A DNA stretch of 64,000 nt from Magallana gigas (lineage: Eukaryota). The stretch lies in assembly GCF_963853765.1 (NCBI RefSeq), contig NC_088857.1, forward strand, positions 33,728,001 through 33,792,000, given 5' to 3'. This document shows, in pieces, positions 37,101 through 53,600 of the stretch. Below the pieces are notes generated by a model that was not told the origin of the DNA, ran no database searches, and saw only the letters and a program-made list of their open reading frames with translations. The position numbers were made by a program, and so were the translations under genes. Each line of letters opens with the position of its first letter. Position 1 is the first letter of the stretch.

Positions 37101-40100
37101 TGGGTTACACGAGCATTATATGACTTCAGATATTTTTATAGCAATTTTTTACTAATTCACTCATCATTTTACAGTCAATTCATTGGTTGGGATAACCTAT
37201 TTAAGATTCAGTACTTATCTCCTACCTGGAGGTACAGTTAAGAGACAGCTGATGCGGTCGACATCCGATGGCATACTTGTGGGTCAAGGACAGCATAGGC
37301 ATTGAGTATCTATTGATGGTACCAGATTCCCTCCCCTACAAACACACACAAGTAAAGTGTACTTATAGCAACAAGATCACATACTGTATTAATCATAACG
37401 TATTTATCATAGAAATACCAATGTATAGGAATCTTAGCGTAGATTTCTTTTTTCCCATCCTTACCACAATCAAAACTTTGTCAGAAGCACAAATGGCACA
37501 CACAGGGTCTTCTGTTCCCTACAAAAAATGAATATGAAAATTGGAGATGATGTCTTAAATTGGTGATAATAATGATTTTTCAGTCAGGGTTTGCAGGTTT
37601 ACATTACATCTTGACTACTGTAAATTTCTTATTTCACGCGAGTACTTAATTCCGTGATTCCGGTGTTTTGCATCAAATTGCGAGAATATAAAATCGTGAG
37701 CACCAATTTTTTGTAATGGTTTCATATAGCTCAAAACTGTGTGAAAAATAAGAGCGAGATTTTAAAATCAGCGAGGACTGCTTCTCGCAATTTTACACGG
37801 AAATTAATTCCTCGCGTTTACCGTAGTTAGGAATTTACAGTATAAAGCTTTAATTATGCATGCTTGTTTATTTCTCATCAAAAGTTTAATTGGGAAATAA
37901 CCAGCATTTTTAATCAAAACTTTATTGATTCTGCAACCATATATAAGAATTTTTTTATTAAATGTTTGACAGTGTAAAAGAAATGCAACTGGGAATTACA
38001 TAAACATTTCATATGAATAAATACTGTACGGTGAACTTGTACTGGGAATTGAATCTGACCCAAAATCTTGCATAAAAATTTTGATTTCAGAATTTTCATG
38101 CATTTAAAGTTTTAAAAGATGTGCATAAAAATGTACGATAAAGTGTGTACATGTACAGTAATAAATTTGAATCAGGAACAAATGTGAATGACATTCCGCA
38201 TTAGCTTAGCATGCTGCACACATTACAAAACCTAGAGTAACTCAATCCTTGCTTGTCAAGTTTAATAACTGTAGATTCCTTATCTTATTAAGTACTTAAT
38301 TTTACAATTCAACCATTTTGCATCTAATCATGAGAATATAAAATCATGAATATTTATCATAGTATAATTTTGTCTACATCTGTCCAAAAAGCAAGTTTCT
38401 AAAACCTGTGAGATGTGCTTATCGCAATTTCATGCGAATAAAAATTTCTTTGGAAATATTATGGCTACAATATTGCTTCAGTTGTTCAAAAAAATGACAT
38501 TATCTTTGAATTCTTTGATTTCTATGTACTAGTATTTAAAAAGGAATAACAATGTTAAAAATGAAATACTTTTTATCCTTTCAAGTACAAAAATGCTGAT
38601 TTCATAAAGTTAACACTATTATATAAACAACAATATTTAAGAAAACACAATAAAAGAAACTCTATGATCTAACTATTATAAAAAAGAACCATAGAAACAA
38701 AACAATATCAATTCAGGTTTTATATATACCTCCTTTGGCTAAAATATATAAAGTTTAACAGGTCCCTTATAGTTTCAACTAATTAATATGGATCTGCAAT
38801 CTGCCAGTAATATTATATACATGCTGTCATTTTCACTAGCCCCAGTCTTTTTATCTCACATTCCTTTATATTTCCTAAAGACCTAAATCTACATGTGTTT
38901 TGACTAGATTTGCTGCAAATACTTTTTAATCTCATGATATTCATCAAATAATTAAACATATTTACTCTTCAGTTGCAATGGTACTGCATTGAGAATGTGA
39001 GATCAAAAGACCAACCAAACATTAACATCGTAAATACACATGTACCGTTATGTTGATATATATTACAAAACACAGATAGCACCACAGCAGCCGTAAATTA
39101 AGCTAGACATAAAGAAACCAAAAAAACGCCTTTTTATGTCAGTACCTTGTTCCGAAGGTGAAACCTCTGTCAACATGTAGGTACAAAAACTTTACAAGTT
39201 TGAAAGATTCACCAGAAATATAAAAGTCAAAAAGTGCTATATGGAGAATAATCTTTACTTTGTATTTGATTAAAGGCATCGTATATTAAAATTTATCTGT
39301 TTCCACACTTAGCTACAATAATCAAGAAATAGAGGGGTAAAGAAATTCATATGCATAAATAACAAACGTGTACTTGTGTCTCAATAAGCTGTATTACATT
39401 GTATTGCAGGAACACATCTTATATAAAAAACTATTAAATCAATGTTGTGTGTAAGGCTGGTGTATAGTCCTGTAATTTTGATTGAGATAACTTACATTGA
39501 ATGCTTTGCTGAAGTCTACCTCCTCTGTAGCTGTTGCACCAGTCGGCTGATCATCTATATGGTAAAGTCTACAAATAAGTCAATTGCCTCTGTAAAGTCC
39601 ACTAATAATTCAATTGCCTTGGTTTTATTGAATACATGTAAAGGATTACACATTTTATATTTTTTTTTCTCTGACTATGGCGATTAAATATTTTGGTTTA
39701 CATAGATCTTTAAGTTTATGTTATAAATTCAGTAAGTTTCTTATATGGTTAAATAAATTATTCTCAACAAAATAACAAAATACAAAATATTTGGATGATA
39801 AATGTACATGTTCATGTTATATGAACATGTATTAAAGATATAGCACACTTTTATATCAACGCTAACCATTTCATATCAATAAAGTGTGTGGCTGCATATA
39901 CAAGAACCTCCCCTAACCTTTCGGTCCCTGCCCGGCGACGCCCAGGCATGTCCAGGGTGGCCAGCTTTTTAGGATTCTTGAACTGCCAGGTGTACAGAGC
40001 TTCCTTGGAGGCACACATAATGTGGGTCTTGGTCATGGTCAGATACACTGGGTCGATTTCTACATACTTGGAGTCCAGGGGTGTCCCGATGGAATTGCAG

Positions 40101-43100
40101 AGAACTAATACAAACTGCAAGGATATATTCAAAAGTAAAAAAAGATATTCAGCTCCTGTTTACTATTTGAATGCTCTTGTACATTCACTGAGGTTTTTTG
40201 CCAGTTAAATAATAATGAGACATACTCCTTCATTTTCAATTTCTTATTTCGTGTAAAGATTAAGATTTCTCTCTTCAATTAATATACATGTACATCTTTT
40301 AAGTTTAATGTAATATTATAATACTAGAATACCTGTCCAGTAGTTTCATCTGCTTTGGTTGCCAAGCAACAGTAGTCACCACAGGCTGTGATGGCAATGA
40401 GATTCCTCACATACTTCACATATTTCTGCCAAATTAAAAAATAGAATTTTTAGAACTTTTATTTTATTTCCTAACTTCTGTTTTACGTCAACTTTGGATT
40501 TATCAAATGAAGATCTTTAGAGGACTAGAGGTGATTTTCACATGGTTTTACATATAATCATATTATTCAAGGTTGAAATCATTATGCTACGTTTCCCCTT
40601 TACTCCTGATCTTTATAATTTTGCTGAATTACCTCTCCATTCTTTGTGTCCCAGAATATTACACAGTGCTCTACCCTCTCAGGTTTGGTAAAGGAATACA
40701 CGACAGTGTTGGAGCAAAATCCCCACTAAAAGCAAAAGTGATCTTTAAATTTTTAAACATGTACATGTAAACTCATCTAAAATTTGAAGGTTGATCATTT
40801 ACAAAACAATATACCCAGTAGTATTAGTCTATATATAAATATCTTCCCAGATGTAAAATATATGTACAGTACAATACTTTCCAAACATAATGACTTGCAA
40901 GTCCCAAAAGTTTACACTTTTATGGATTCAACACTTAACATTTAACATAAGATTCATGTATATGTCATGATTGTTTGTTTCAGCTTTCTGAAATCAAGAT
41001 ATACTGGTATATGACATTTACATGTACATTTATAATCAATTCACAGTACTGGTAGTTTTCCAATATATTATGAATCTTATTGCTGTAGTAAATTATCTCT
41101 TATATATCATGGTCTTCTCACTTTGTAATCAGGTCTGATGTTGGCGAAGTATATGAAGCTGTCTACAGCTAGGGCTATTCTCAGACTGCCTCCCTCCCAT
41201 GAACAGCTGTACATCTGTTTACCCGGTACCTTCAGAGTTCTCAAGTGCTACAATCAAACATAAAAAATAATTGACTTCACAATGAATATCATACATGTAT
41301 GTATTGGTTTGTTAATGAGAAAAGTCCTTAAAAAGGCACGCATTCAAGTCAAAAGCACTCTATCTTACCTCTCCAAACGGGTTGTAAAATTGGACCACAT
41401 TGACCTCTTTTTCTTGACCCAATGCCCTCTGTGAGCCTGCCACAGCCAATACTGAGCCACTATGGTTCCACTGAATCTGGGCCACCATCATTCCAGTATC
41501 AATAAGAATGGGATCTGAAAAAAAAAAATAAAGCATATGTTAATTCAATTATCCTTTTTTGCAATCAGAATACAGAGTAAACATGTACATGTAAATCAAC
41601 TTTCTAGATTCAATCCTGGCAACTATGAAATTTTTGCAACAAGAATAATTTTTTTTTATTTCAATTGATAATAGGTATGAAATATTTGTACATTTATTCT
41701 TTCAAACTAAAGACCAAACTAAAGAATTCCCTGGTTTCCAAGTTATGCAAAAATACATGATACTTCTGTAGAACAAACAAAATGGGAGTATTGATAATTT
41801 ATCTATTAAAGTTTATATTTCTATATTGAAAAATAATTATTGTTTTAATGACAAAGATAAACTATTAGTACACTTTAGTTTTTAATCTTTGGCTGAGTTA
41901 AAACTTACTTTCGTCAATTTCATTCTTCATAATCTGACAGCGGCCGGATTCAAAGCAAATAGCCAGACTGGGACAGTTTGGTTCCAGGTAGCCATTCAGA
42001 CCATTGTACCAGGCGATCCCAGCGATATGGATGGCTCCACTCACTCCAGATAGGCAGTATATGTTTAACTTGGACTGAAATGTAGCCAATATCAGTGTAT
42101 TGTGACTACTGAATAAGGACATTGACGTGATAGAAATATGTGATCCAACTGAATGAAGTACAGTCACACCTGCTGTTACGGTTACCTTTAATCAGCGGCC
42201 ACTCGCCAATGAGCGGCCAGTTTTAATTCCGCCCGTTTAGTTTTACACTATATTTTAACTGATTTAAGCGGCCACCTGTCTAACACGGCCAGCGGCCACT
42301 GTTTTTAGGTCCCATGGCTTCAACATGCCTGTTTTCAATGGCCATTTTGTCTGTTTTGTCACATGACTTTTGAATCTGACATGTGACCCCGTATCGAAAG
42401 AAGCCAAACTTCGATAGCTGATAATGAGTTAATGACAAATAATTGAGTGTGTAATTTGAAGTCTGCTGAGATTTAATGTGATAATTGATTATCATAACAC
42501 CTGTTTTGTGTTGTTTATATATGGACACGTACTGATATACTTCATCACAAAGTCATTATATATAGCCAGTCTTGCGCTGAACAGCTTAACATGTACAGCA
42601 ATTAGCCATACGCACTTTTTTTTCTAGAAAATTTCTTTGAGATAATAAAACGGGTGCTTAATATATATAAGAATGGAATTTGGATACTTTTTTAAAGGTA
42701 AAACATCGGCTATCGTAGTTCAGCATATACCCATTGTACGGAAACGCTACTTCTGTTTGTTTACCGCATTTAATCCCTTGAAAATTATTATTTGGGCGTA
42801 TTTAGCAGAAAATGTTTTGCTCTTAATCCCTTGATATATAAATGGAATTAAAACGGCCATTTAAAATTAATATAAACTGTTTATTCAGCAATCCAAGCTG
42901 TGCATTCACCATCTCTGTGTACGCCGCCATTACAGATGCTATTAAAAAATCTGTGCAACAGAGCCAGAAGCAAAAGACTCGGTGTTTTTTCTTCATTAAT
43001 TTGAAACCTGTCTTTAGCGGCCAGTTTGGCATTGTCCCACAGGTGGCCGCCTAAAACAGGTGCGACTGTAGTTTAATTATTGGGAAATCAATAACAAAAA

Positions 43101-46030
43101 AACAACCAGGAGAAATGATCTTTTTCATCATATAATATTTGGAGTACATCAGGTAGAGTGATATTAATCATTTTTGAATGTAAGTTTATTTAATACTTAC
43201 AATAAAATTTCCCATATTGTCATAAGAATGAACTTCTCCATTCGTCATTCCAAATAAGATGATTTTTCCATCAGGAGACCACTAGAAAAATCAATAGTGA
43301 AAATCAAATAGATGATTAATAATACATAATGTATTGTAATGATTAATGAAATGTGGTGTCTCTTAACTGTAATGCTAAAACAATCACTGATGCATTATCA
43401 TTAACTTGACTTAAGGGGTTGCTCTGGTTTGATCTTTGAAAACTTACCACCACATGAGCAAGTTGTTGTCCTCGAAGTTCTTTCCCCCAAATCCTGTTAC
43501 CATCCACAGAACCAACGATGACACAACCTGCAACATTATAAAGATATCTAATTATCAGTATTTTCTAAACTACATGTACATGTACACTGCATGTACATGC
43601 ATAGGTAACAAAATTAGAATATTTACAAAGAATATTTAGCACATTTTTTTTTAAATTCCATTGAAATTATTTTGATTAATTAGTACGACACTGCTTGAAA
43701 GTACTTACCATCTTCGTACACAATGCAGATTTTCTGTCCGTCGGCGTTCCAGGCCATACTGCGGACCACCGATTTGTTCCTGTTGTTGATCATCTCTTCG
43801 TACCAAGAACCTGACAACACAATAAATACACAGTTATTCTAAGACTTTCCTAAAACAATTATTTCTTATACTCTCTTAATGTATATATTGATTAAAACAT
43901 ACGAGGCTTGAGATATTTTTTTCAACAAGTCCCAGGAAGGTTATTTAGCACTAAATTTTGAGAAAGATATATGGTAGAGCATGTACTTCCTTTAATATTT
44001 CTTTACCTGTAATTATAATTTGTGTTAGGTTAAAAAAAAAAACTAGCAAAATAATAGGGGTTTATTGTACTCATATTTTAGTATGTTTATACCTTTGTAT
44101 AGCATCCACACAATGATAAGCCCATATTGATCACTTGTTGTCAGTTTCTGGTAATGTTCATTCCAAGTTACAACTTGCACTGCTCCTGTAGTAATAAATG
44201 GCAACTGTTTTAATATACCCGAATCAAATGCCAGAAAAATATTGATAAAAATGCTAAATTCTACAGATAAATGAACCTGAAAGAAACTTTAATTTTAATT
44301 TTTGCAAGACTTACCACTATGTCCTTCTAGTGTCTGATTCATGGACAAATTACTTGGAGCTGCTAATCCTTTCACTTTCACATCTTTTCCTAGATGGTTA
44401 AAAAAAGTAAAATTTTCTTAAATTAGTCTAAAAATGTGAGCGCTCCATTTTGTTAAATATAGAGGTCATCAAAATCTTGCTTCAATATTTTTTCAAGCAC
44501 ATGAACATTAATGCAAACATACTCTAATTTTATTATTTCTAATTCAAAGGTCCCAAAGATACATTACTCATCATTGTATAGAAAACATATTCTAACAAAT
44601 AACAATATCTTTAAAACTATTAATACCGAGCGCAGCGAGAGGCGGGCAAAGCCTGCCTCGTGAAGCGAGGATTAATGGTAACACGTATATATATGAAAAT
44701 CAGTGAAAAATGAAATTTGAATCAGGGGTACTAAGGCCAAAAACAATTTCTTCCAGTCCTGGGCGCCGCCATATTGGCAGACATTTTGTTTTTAAAAAGT
44801 TAGTTCGATCATTGATTGACTGGTACTTATCAATGTTTATTGCCCCTAAACTCCATTAAAATTTTCTAGTGTTTCAATAAAAGGTAATTTGAATTAAAAG
44901 AAATAAAAGAGGACACCAGATAAGTTTAAATAGTGCTTCAATCAAGAAACACGACTAATTCTATGTATATCTTATTAAGTTATCAGATGGAAAATTATAA
45001 AAACATTAACATCAAGAAACTGATCTTTTAGATACTGAGTAAAGTATTCAATTTTATTACCGTGGCATTTATATGAATTAAATTGATAAACAATGAAAGA
45101 AGAAATAAAAAAAAATTCAGAATAACGTAACTCTCTTTGGCTATTTCCAAAGACAAAACATGTACGTTTTACGTCTGAAACATGACGTCATAATATAGAC
45201 TGAGCACGCGACGTTTAGTTAAACTTTTGCTAATGATTTGAGTAGGCAACCAGGCGGATCCTACTGCGTCCGCTTCAAATTAATTTTGTTCTACAAAAAA
45301 TAAAACTGTGCTGTGTTAAATATGCGCTCGGTCCAACAGTCACACCGTTTACATATTAAATTGATGGTCATCCATACCTGTTTGGGTTTCCAACCTAAGT
45401 ACTTTGAGTAGACCTTCTTCTCCACCACAAGCAATATACCCCTGTTCTCTATTCCATGACACATACCGAAGCTTGGTATTGTTTGGAATAGCAATCTAAG
45501 AAACATTGAAATAAAACAACAAATAAAAATCCTCTACACATGCATATACTTCTTATATTTAATCATAAGGTTGGACATTTTTTCCTATGATTAAATCAAA
45601 TTTGGGGCATCAAACGCACAAGAGGACAATTATGATAATATGTTCCCTAAAGAACTATAAAAATGAAAGAAATAGAAATGGTTGATCATATACATGTATT
45701 AAATACTTATTCAGTCATTGGAACTGTTAATTTAATTATAGTCATATTTTACATACAATCTGCAATCACTGAACCAAAGAACAAATTTGTATTAAAACCG
45801 GATTTATTATAAAAAAGACAAACTTCTATTTAAAAAACCTTATCTTCAATTAAGTCCAATTTATGTTGAATGAACAATCATTAAAGTATTTGAAGCACAT
45901 ATTAACAAATAAATATTGTGCAGCTTCATTGGCAACAGCCTACTTGAACCCAAATCTGCTAGAATTAGCACTTTGAAACAATCAGTATGTAATGAAAAAC
46001 AGTTACCTTCTTGCTTAAGTAGACAAACAT
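28137..46030 (-). CDS. WDR35: WD repeat-containing protein 35 (IFT121), multi-exon
   Basis: Exon 1 46007-46030 MFVYLSKK and exon 2 45378-45495 [25 protein letters not shown]. Further exons: [103 protein letters not shown], and C-terminal [19 protein letters not shown] (TAG 28137-28139). Not every internal boundary was fixed to the base. Confidence 0.95.
28926..29132. mobile_element. Short TA-flanked MITE (CTGTGG..CCACAG)
   Basis: TIR CTGTGGTTTCAT / ATGAAACCACAG. A related copy lies at 35658-35861. Confidence 0.75.
30404..30587. mobile_element. Short TA-flanked MITE
   Basis: TA|CTATAAAC..GTTTACAG|TA with internal imperfect inverted repeats. Confidence 0.55.
35658..35861. mobile_element. Short TA-flanked MITE
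   Basis: TA|CTGTGGAATCATT..AATGATTCAACAG|TA, sharing TTTTCGTGGAT/CCACGAAAATT motifs with 28926-29132. Confidence 0.7.
37618..37840. mobile_element. Short TA-flanked MITE
   Basis: TA|CTGTAAATTTCTTA..TAGGAATTTACAG|TA, a reverse-oriented relative of 22134-22350. Confidence 0.7.
42161..43068. mobile_element. ~900 bp mariner/pogo-like non-autonomous element
   Basis: TA|CAGTCACACCTG..CAGGTGCGACTG|TA with repeated subterminal GCGGCCA motifs at both ends. Confidence 0.7.
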
Positions 46031-46337
46031 TATGGCTTTATTTCTGTTCCTCTAGATATAATCTTTAAAATTGCTTTTTCAGTTGGACCATGGCACATCT
46101 GCCTTACTTCGACGCCATTACATTGGAATGCGAGATTTTGACGAGACTGTCCCGAGAATTGCAGGGAACTTTGGGTAATCTTCCTTTCCGACAACGTGCT
46201 CGCAAGGTATGGACGGCAACATTTTTTCTCCGATGAAATTTGTATATTCAAGCAATAAATTTCTTAATTGCTGTTTTCTTAAATGGTCACATTAACGATA
46301 TTTTTATTTAAGGTGTAAGTCGTCATCAGATAGCACA
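46031..46337. promoter_or_regulatory. Divergent promoter region WDR35/RPL30, including a probable non-coding RPL30 exon 1
   Basis: Start codons 307 bp apart. TCT/TOP-like CCTTTCC at 46183-46189 followed by the donor CAAG|GTATGG at ~46207. Confidence 0.65.
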
Positions 46338-47892
<1,555 letters not shown>

Positions 47893-48289
47893 TGTAATTC
47901 AGCTAAAATAAAATCTTTTTAGTTGATTAAAGTTTTGTTATTTTAGTATTTAAAAGTATCAAAACTTGATAGCCAATTGTGGCTCCATCGTCACCTAGCT
48001 GAGTAAGTCTGATAACATTAAAAAGTAACTAGACACAGGGTTGTCTCTAAAAATTGAAGTAGAAGGAAGAAATAAAGAAAGTAGAAGGAGGCTGGGGGTC
48101 TAGCTTATAGCTAGATTGTGTTTGAAATGCAAAAATAGCTGGGTAATTGCATCACTTCAGGTGAGGGAATTCCCTGCCCCTCTGGGTCTTGGAGACAACC
48201 CTGTAGACATCATTGAGATCATGGTGGTGACCATCTCAAAGGGCCCCACTTAAACAGTGGACTATAGGACATTAAGAATTTCAGAGAAT

Positions 48290-49110
48290 TTTGCTTTGAC
48301 CTATTCCTTTAACTTAGATATTTTCCAGCTGGCATAGAACTTTAAATTTAAATAATCTATGGGCTTCAACTGATTATAAAGAGACCTCCTTTGAGCTTCA
48401 CATTTACTTTGTTCAAGGTCACTGCACGCCATTAACCGAAAAGCTCCGCTTAAGTGTTAGCCGAAAAGGGCAACATAGAGAGTATATATATGCTCTAAAA
48501 AACAGGATTTTTGTTTGATCTGATATGACACTTGATCAACAAACATCATTCAAAGTCGCTGCATACCTTTTGATCAAAGGCATCATGTGGGTGATGTATG
48601 AGCCAGGTTGGAGTGAAGGAATAGAAGATATGCTTTGAATAAGGATTTTTCATATCATTCTGCTATGACCTTCAAATTTGACCTAGTAAATTGGTTCAAG
48701 GTCACTACACACCCGTTATTTAGAAGCTCTGTTTATGTGAAGTACTAGCCAAATAGGGCTAAGTGGAAAACATAAATATACTCTAAATTTTTTTTTTGCA
48801 TGGTCTGATATGACCTTGACCTACAAACTTCATTCAAGGTCAATGCACACTCTTTGATCATAGACACCCTGTGAGTGAAGTGTGAGCGAGATTGGACCAA
48901 GGGGAGAGAAGATATGCTACAGACATGGATTTTATGTATAATTTTGCTATGACCTTAACTTTTGACCTAGATACATCTATGAAGGTCACTGCAGACCCTT
49001 TACCTAAAGACTCTCTGTGGGTGAAGTATGAGCCAGATTGGACCAAGAGGAGAGAAAATATGCTCCAGACAAAAATTCTCGGACGAACATACAGGGCCCT
49101 GATAAACTTA
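48290..49110 (+). repeat. Degenerate tandem array of ~165 bp monomers (Helentron/satellite-like)
   Basis: About five diverged units containing TTCAAGGTCACTGCA..GTGAAGTATGAGCCAG at ~48415, ~48555, ~48695, ~48835 and ~48980. Boundaries approximate. Confidence 0.65.
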
Positions 49111-50601
49111 AAATTTCATTGTATTAGCTTCCAATACATGTATTTTCATCAATTATAGTCCAACTGATTACTTCATATAAATTCTCCATCTGAGTGTTGC
49201 CTATTTTACTAGCTGCGAAACAGTAGCTCCTAGTCAAGACATAAAGGAGGTTAATAAGTACAGTAAGTATATTTTTTGTATGAATGAACTTTAGTTCTAT
49301 GGCCCAACAACCCGTATTTCCCTATGAGCTACAGTTCTACAGCTTTGCCCATTCCTGATACCCAGGGGTCATGATTTAGCACACAGATATATCCCATATA
49401 TTAGCATCTTTCCACAATAATTTCCAACACAGTATTATTTGCTCAATTCAAGACCATGCCCTTGTAATGTTTATTAGGACCCTGCTCTGCAGGCACCCTT
49501 AAGTGATCAGTCTGTCCGTCCGTCTGTCGGAGAATGCTTGTCCGGATGCATATCTTCTTTCCCCATGGAAGAGTTTTTATGTCAAATGTTGGGGTCAAAG
49601 TAAGTAGATCTTGTGTTTAATCCTTGTTATTTTCCTAATTTTTCTGCCTTTGGTCCAGATCTTTGTGTCTAATCATTATTATTACATAAATTTACTGCCC
49701 CAGGACCCCATCTGCCTTGTACTACTCCTCTATAAAGTGTTTGATGAAAGATAATGGCAATGACCATTAAATTTTAAGCAGCTGTCTAATATCTTTCATG
49801 AGATGTCACCGTCTTAAGGGGGGGGGGGGGGGGGGGGAAATCAACTACAAATGTACATGTGTGAAGTATTTATCAATACATTTTCTGCATAAGGTTTGGC
49901 TATAAAAGCATGGATATAGTCCTGAATAGCTCAGTGATAGAGCTTGGCATTTTGGGAGCAATTCTTATTTCCCTTTCCCTTCTTTTTTGAGGCCTACCAA
50001 TAATTTATTTGTCCATAAAGCAGATCCTACAACATATTACATGTCACCTGACTAACGTTTTAACGATAAGGTGACCTAGAATGCAGTTTGGTTAAAACAC
50101 CCCCTTCTCCTTACACTTGGCCTGAGTAGTTTAAGGAGAAAGGGGTGGTCTTAATTAAACTGCTTAGAATGTGATATACTCACCCAAAGTAACATTAGCA
50201 TGTAACCACATGTATTACATTTTCCTTCTTTTTCTTTTTTTTTTGAAGATTTTGTAAAATCATGAGTCAAAGTTTAATGAAAGGTGCATGTATTAAAATC
50301 CATACCAAATACACTGGGCATCAAGGAAGATTATCTCAATTTGTGATAATCTCCCTCAATGCACTATGTGGCCAACACACATTTTTAACACTACGACTGT
50401 GAGGACAAAGAATGCCCAATTACTTGAAATAAACACAGTAAACCGGTTTCAGTAAACACATTTATTCATTGTAATTCCAAAATCTTTTTGAAATATCCAC
50501 ATCTTTTAATATCTTTCAATATCTGAGGAATAGTAAACAAATATCTAAAGATTTGTAAAGTCTGTTCTTTCCCTGACACATTTGATGTAGATCTTAATAA
50601 T

Positions 50602-53600
50602 TTAATGGGGGCGGAGATCGATGTCTGGTCTAGCTGGATCAGGGTACATCCCTCGTTTCTTGAAGTCGATGTGTGGACTGTAAAACTGAAATAGGAAAGC
50701 TTCATTTAATCTGGTATCTTTGCAGGCTTTTTTTTTTTTTTTTTATCAATCAACTATCATATATCATTGATATAAACAGGAGTTTCAACATGTGACACTA
50801 TGTTCTTACTTTGTACTGAACAGTCTGAGGCATTTTTTCCCAGGGCTGGGGATTGGCTGTATGCCTCCATCTGAAAAAGGTAAGTTGTTGGGTTATATAC
50901 AAGTATATTTAGGTTGATTACTGAATCAAGTATTGGAAAATAAAATTAAATAAAATAAAAAAATAATTTGTGACTGCAAAGTTGTGGGTCGCACTTACGA
51001 GACATCTGGTGCTTTGGTGGACAGTCTGTACAAATACCAGGCAGCAAGGGCTCCTCCCAGGAATGTACAAGCCCAGATAACCTGCATCTGTGACAAACAA
51101 AGTAACCATCAGTTAAGTTGTATTAGCAGATATTTCATAGGGGTACAAAATGGACAATTCAAACAATATACATGTACCGTTGCAACCATAGATATGCATG
51201 AAGCCGGAAGCTGTCTTATGTGGTTTGAAATTCATAAGATGGTGATGATAATCAAGTTAGGATTAACCTTTTATATTATTGTGAACGTATCTCAAATTAG
51301 ATTTAGTGTACTAGAAGGAACAATGAACAAAACTTAAGACATCTGGATTAATGAATTGTTTTTCTTGTAAGCCTGTGAGCACTTTAATAACTATTTACAT
51401 CAAAGCAGAAGAAATTCTAAAAATATCTATGTATCTTTAATGAAACTTGTAGTGAAAACATATTCATTATAGGAATGAAAATAATGCCTTAAAATTTCAT
51501 TAGCTGGGCTCTTAAAATTTGCTTAAGCTGTAAATTCGCTATGTCGTGTTCGTTATATTCGAGTTTTGCTGTATCTGTGCAGCAATATATAAGTTTTAAG
51601 GCGGAAGCTTTCTTATGTGGTTTGAAATTCATAAGAATTCACACTTGGTAAAAAGTTTTGTATTTTAAATTTTAAATCATATTTTATTTTTAAAAAAAGA
51701 ACCAAAACAAACAAAGCTCTGGTATCTATCCGTGTTCAAATTACCAGTTTTTAAGGCGGTATTGGGCACCAATAAATACTTTAACCATTTTAGAATTTTT
51801 ATACTTTACAAAATTTAAAGAATTTTTTTTTTTTAATTTTAGGAAAGGTAAGAATAGGCCCATCAGAAGTCATTTGTATAGTTAACACTCTAACCCATTG
51901 TGCTACACTGTTAGGTAATTTTTTTTTTGGGGGGGGGGGGATATTATATAAAATTATACTTGATTTTATTGTTTATTTTAATAGGGAGTAGGTCACAATA
52001 TAAAGGTATCCCATACCACCTTAACAATATAATTAGACCTTTCAAAATGTTAAATTCAAATTAGATCTACAATTTATTTAAATGAAGTTACCAATCCACA
52101 ATTAAAGCACAAAACAATGAAAATAATAACTAAATTAAAGGCTGATGATGTGTACCGGGATAAATACTCTGACCCAAGATAGCTATGCAGCACATTTTCT
52201 TACATTATACAAATATTGACTGGGGTTGAGGGCAACATTGATTATATTAGCCCCCGAGGGACGAAATATTGCCCGACGCGAAGCGGAGGGCAATATTTTC
52301 GTCCCAAGGGGGCTAATATAATCAATGTTGCCCGAAAACACAGTCAACATTTGTTTTGTTATATGAAGAAACAAACCAAAATTTAAGAAATTAATTGAAA
52401 ACAGATCGCCGTAATTTTCTCAGCTCAACAAAGAATTCACGAATTCAATTTTGTGCAAAGTTCATTTTCAAAATATCCTCAGCATCAAACGGTCACTTGT
52501 GATATTCCGCCGACCGTACGAATTATCAGACAGGTGTTCTACCTGATTTTACTTCACAGTAATTCGCAAATCCTTATATCCGTTATGATAGCAAACCGTT
52601 GCATTGCGCGTTCGTTGTTTACTTGCCTTGACTGACTGTCTATTATGACGTCACCTTGTTTTGGAGTCGCGAAGAATTATTTACGTCACCGTTTACGAAT
52701 CAACAAATCAGAGGCGATTATTTGAAATAGAGGGAATGTTCTCTAGATATTATTCCTAGCCGGTCAATATCTAAAAAATATTGACCGGTCAATATTTTTC
52801 GGACGAGCTGATATTACAATTATTGACTATTCGTCTATATAGAGTTATATAGTGAGAATATACTACTGAATATAACAATAATTTATATTTATCTCAGGGT
52901 TCATACAAAGTCTAATTCTATTAGTATGAAAAAATCCCATGATTCTCCCTTGAAATGCCCCCTCTAGCTTGTAAGATCTTAATACATGGTTAAAAATAAA
53001 TAGGTTATGGGGATTTTGCATTGTGACATGCATTGAAGAACCCGGATGATAAAGTTGAAACACTGTGCGAGGTATTCTGTTACTTCTGAAACGATGTCTA
53101 AATTTCCAATATAATTCTATGTAAATCTGTTTTTGTTCCTGTGACAATCTAATTAAAATTAGAACTCCCATCCACTCCCCCTTTTTTTGATATGTCGCGC
53201 TTCTATGAGACATATCGAAAAGCATGCAGGTAGCAGAAGTAAGATCTAATTTTAATTAATTCCTGTGAATTTTGTATGAGTAAAAAAAGATAATGTGTCA
53301 ATGAAGTCAAGGTTATCTTGGATATTTTCCTATTCATTGTTTTCAATGTCACTTCTTTCACAGGTATGTGTATTTTTGTTAAAAATCATCCAAATGTGCT
53401 CCACAAACTATTTTGGGACAGACTATATATATATACACCTGTACATAATTGTCCTGTGTGCAATTGTTACTGAAAATTCTTCCATAATCTTGAAAAATTT
53501 TCAATTGAATAGGCTCATGAAATTTCAAAGATTTCTTTACTAAAAACTTAGGAATATTTTAAGGATCACTATGTCCCCATTATAACCTACCATGACACAT

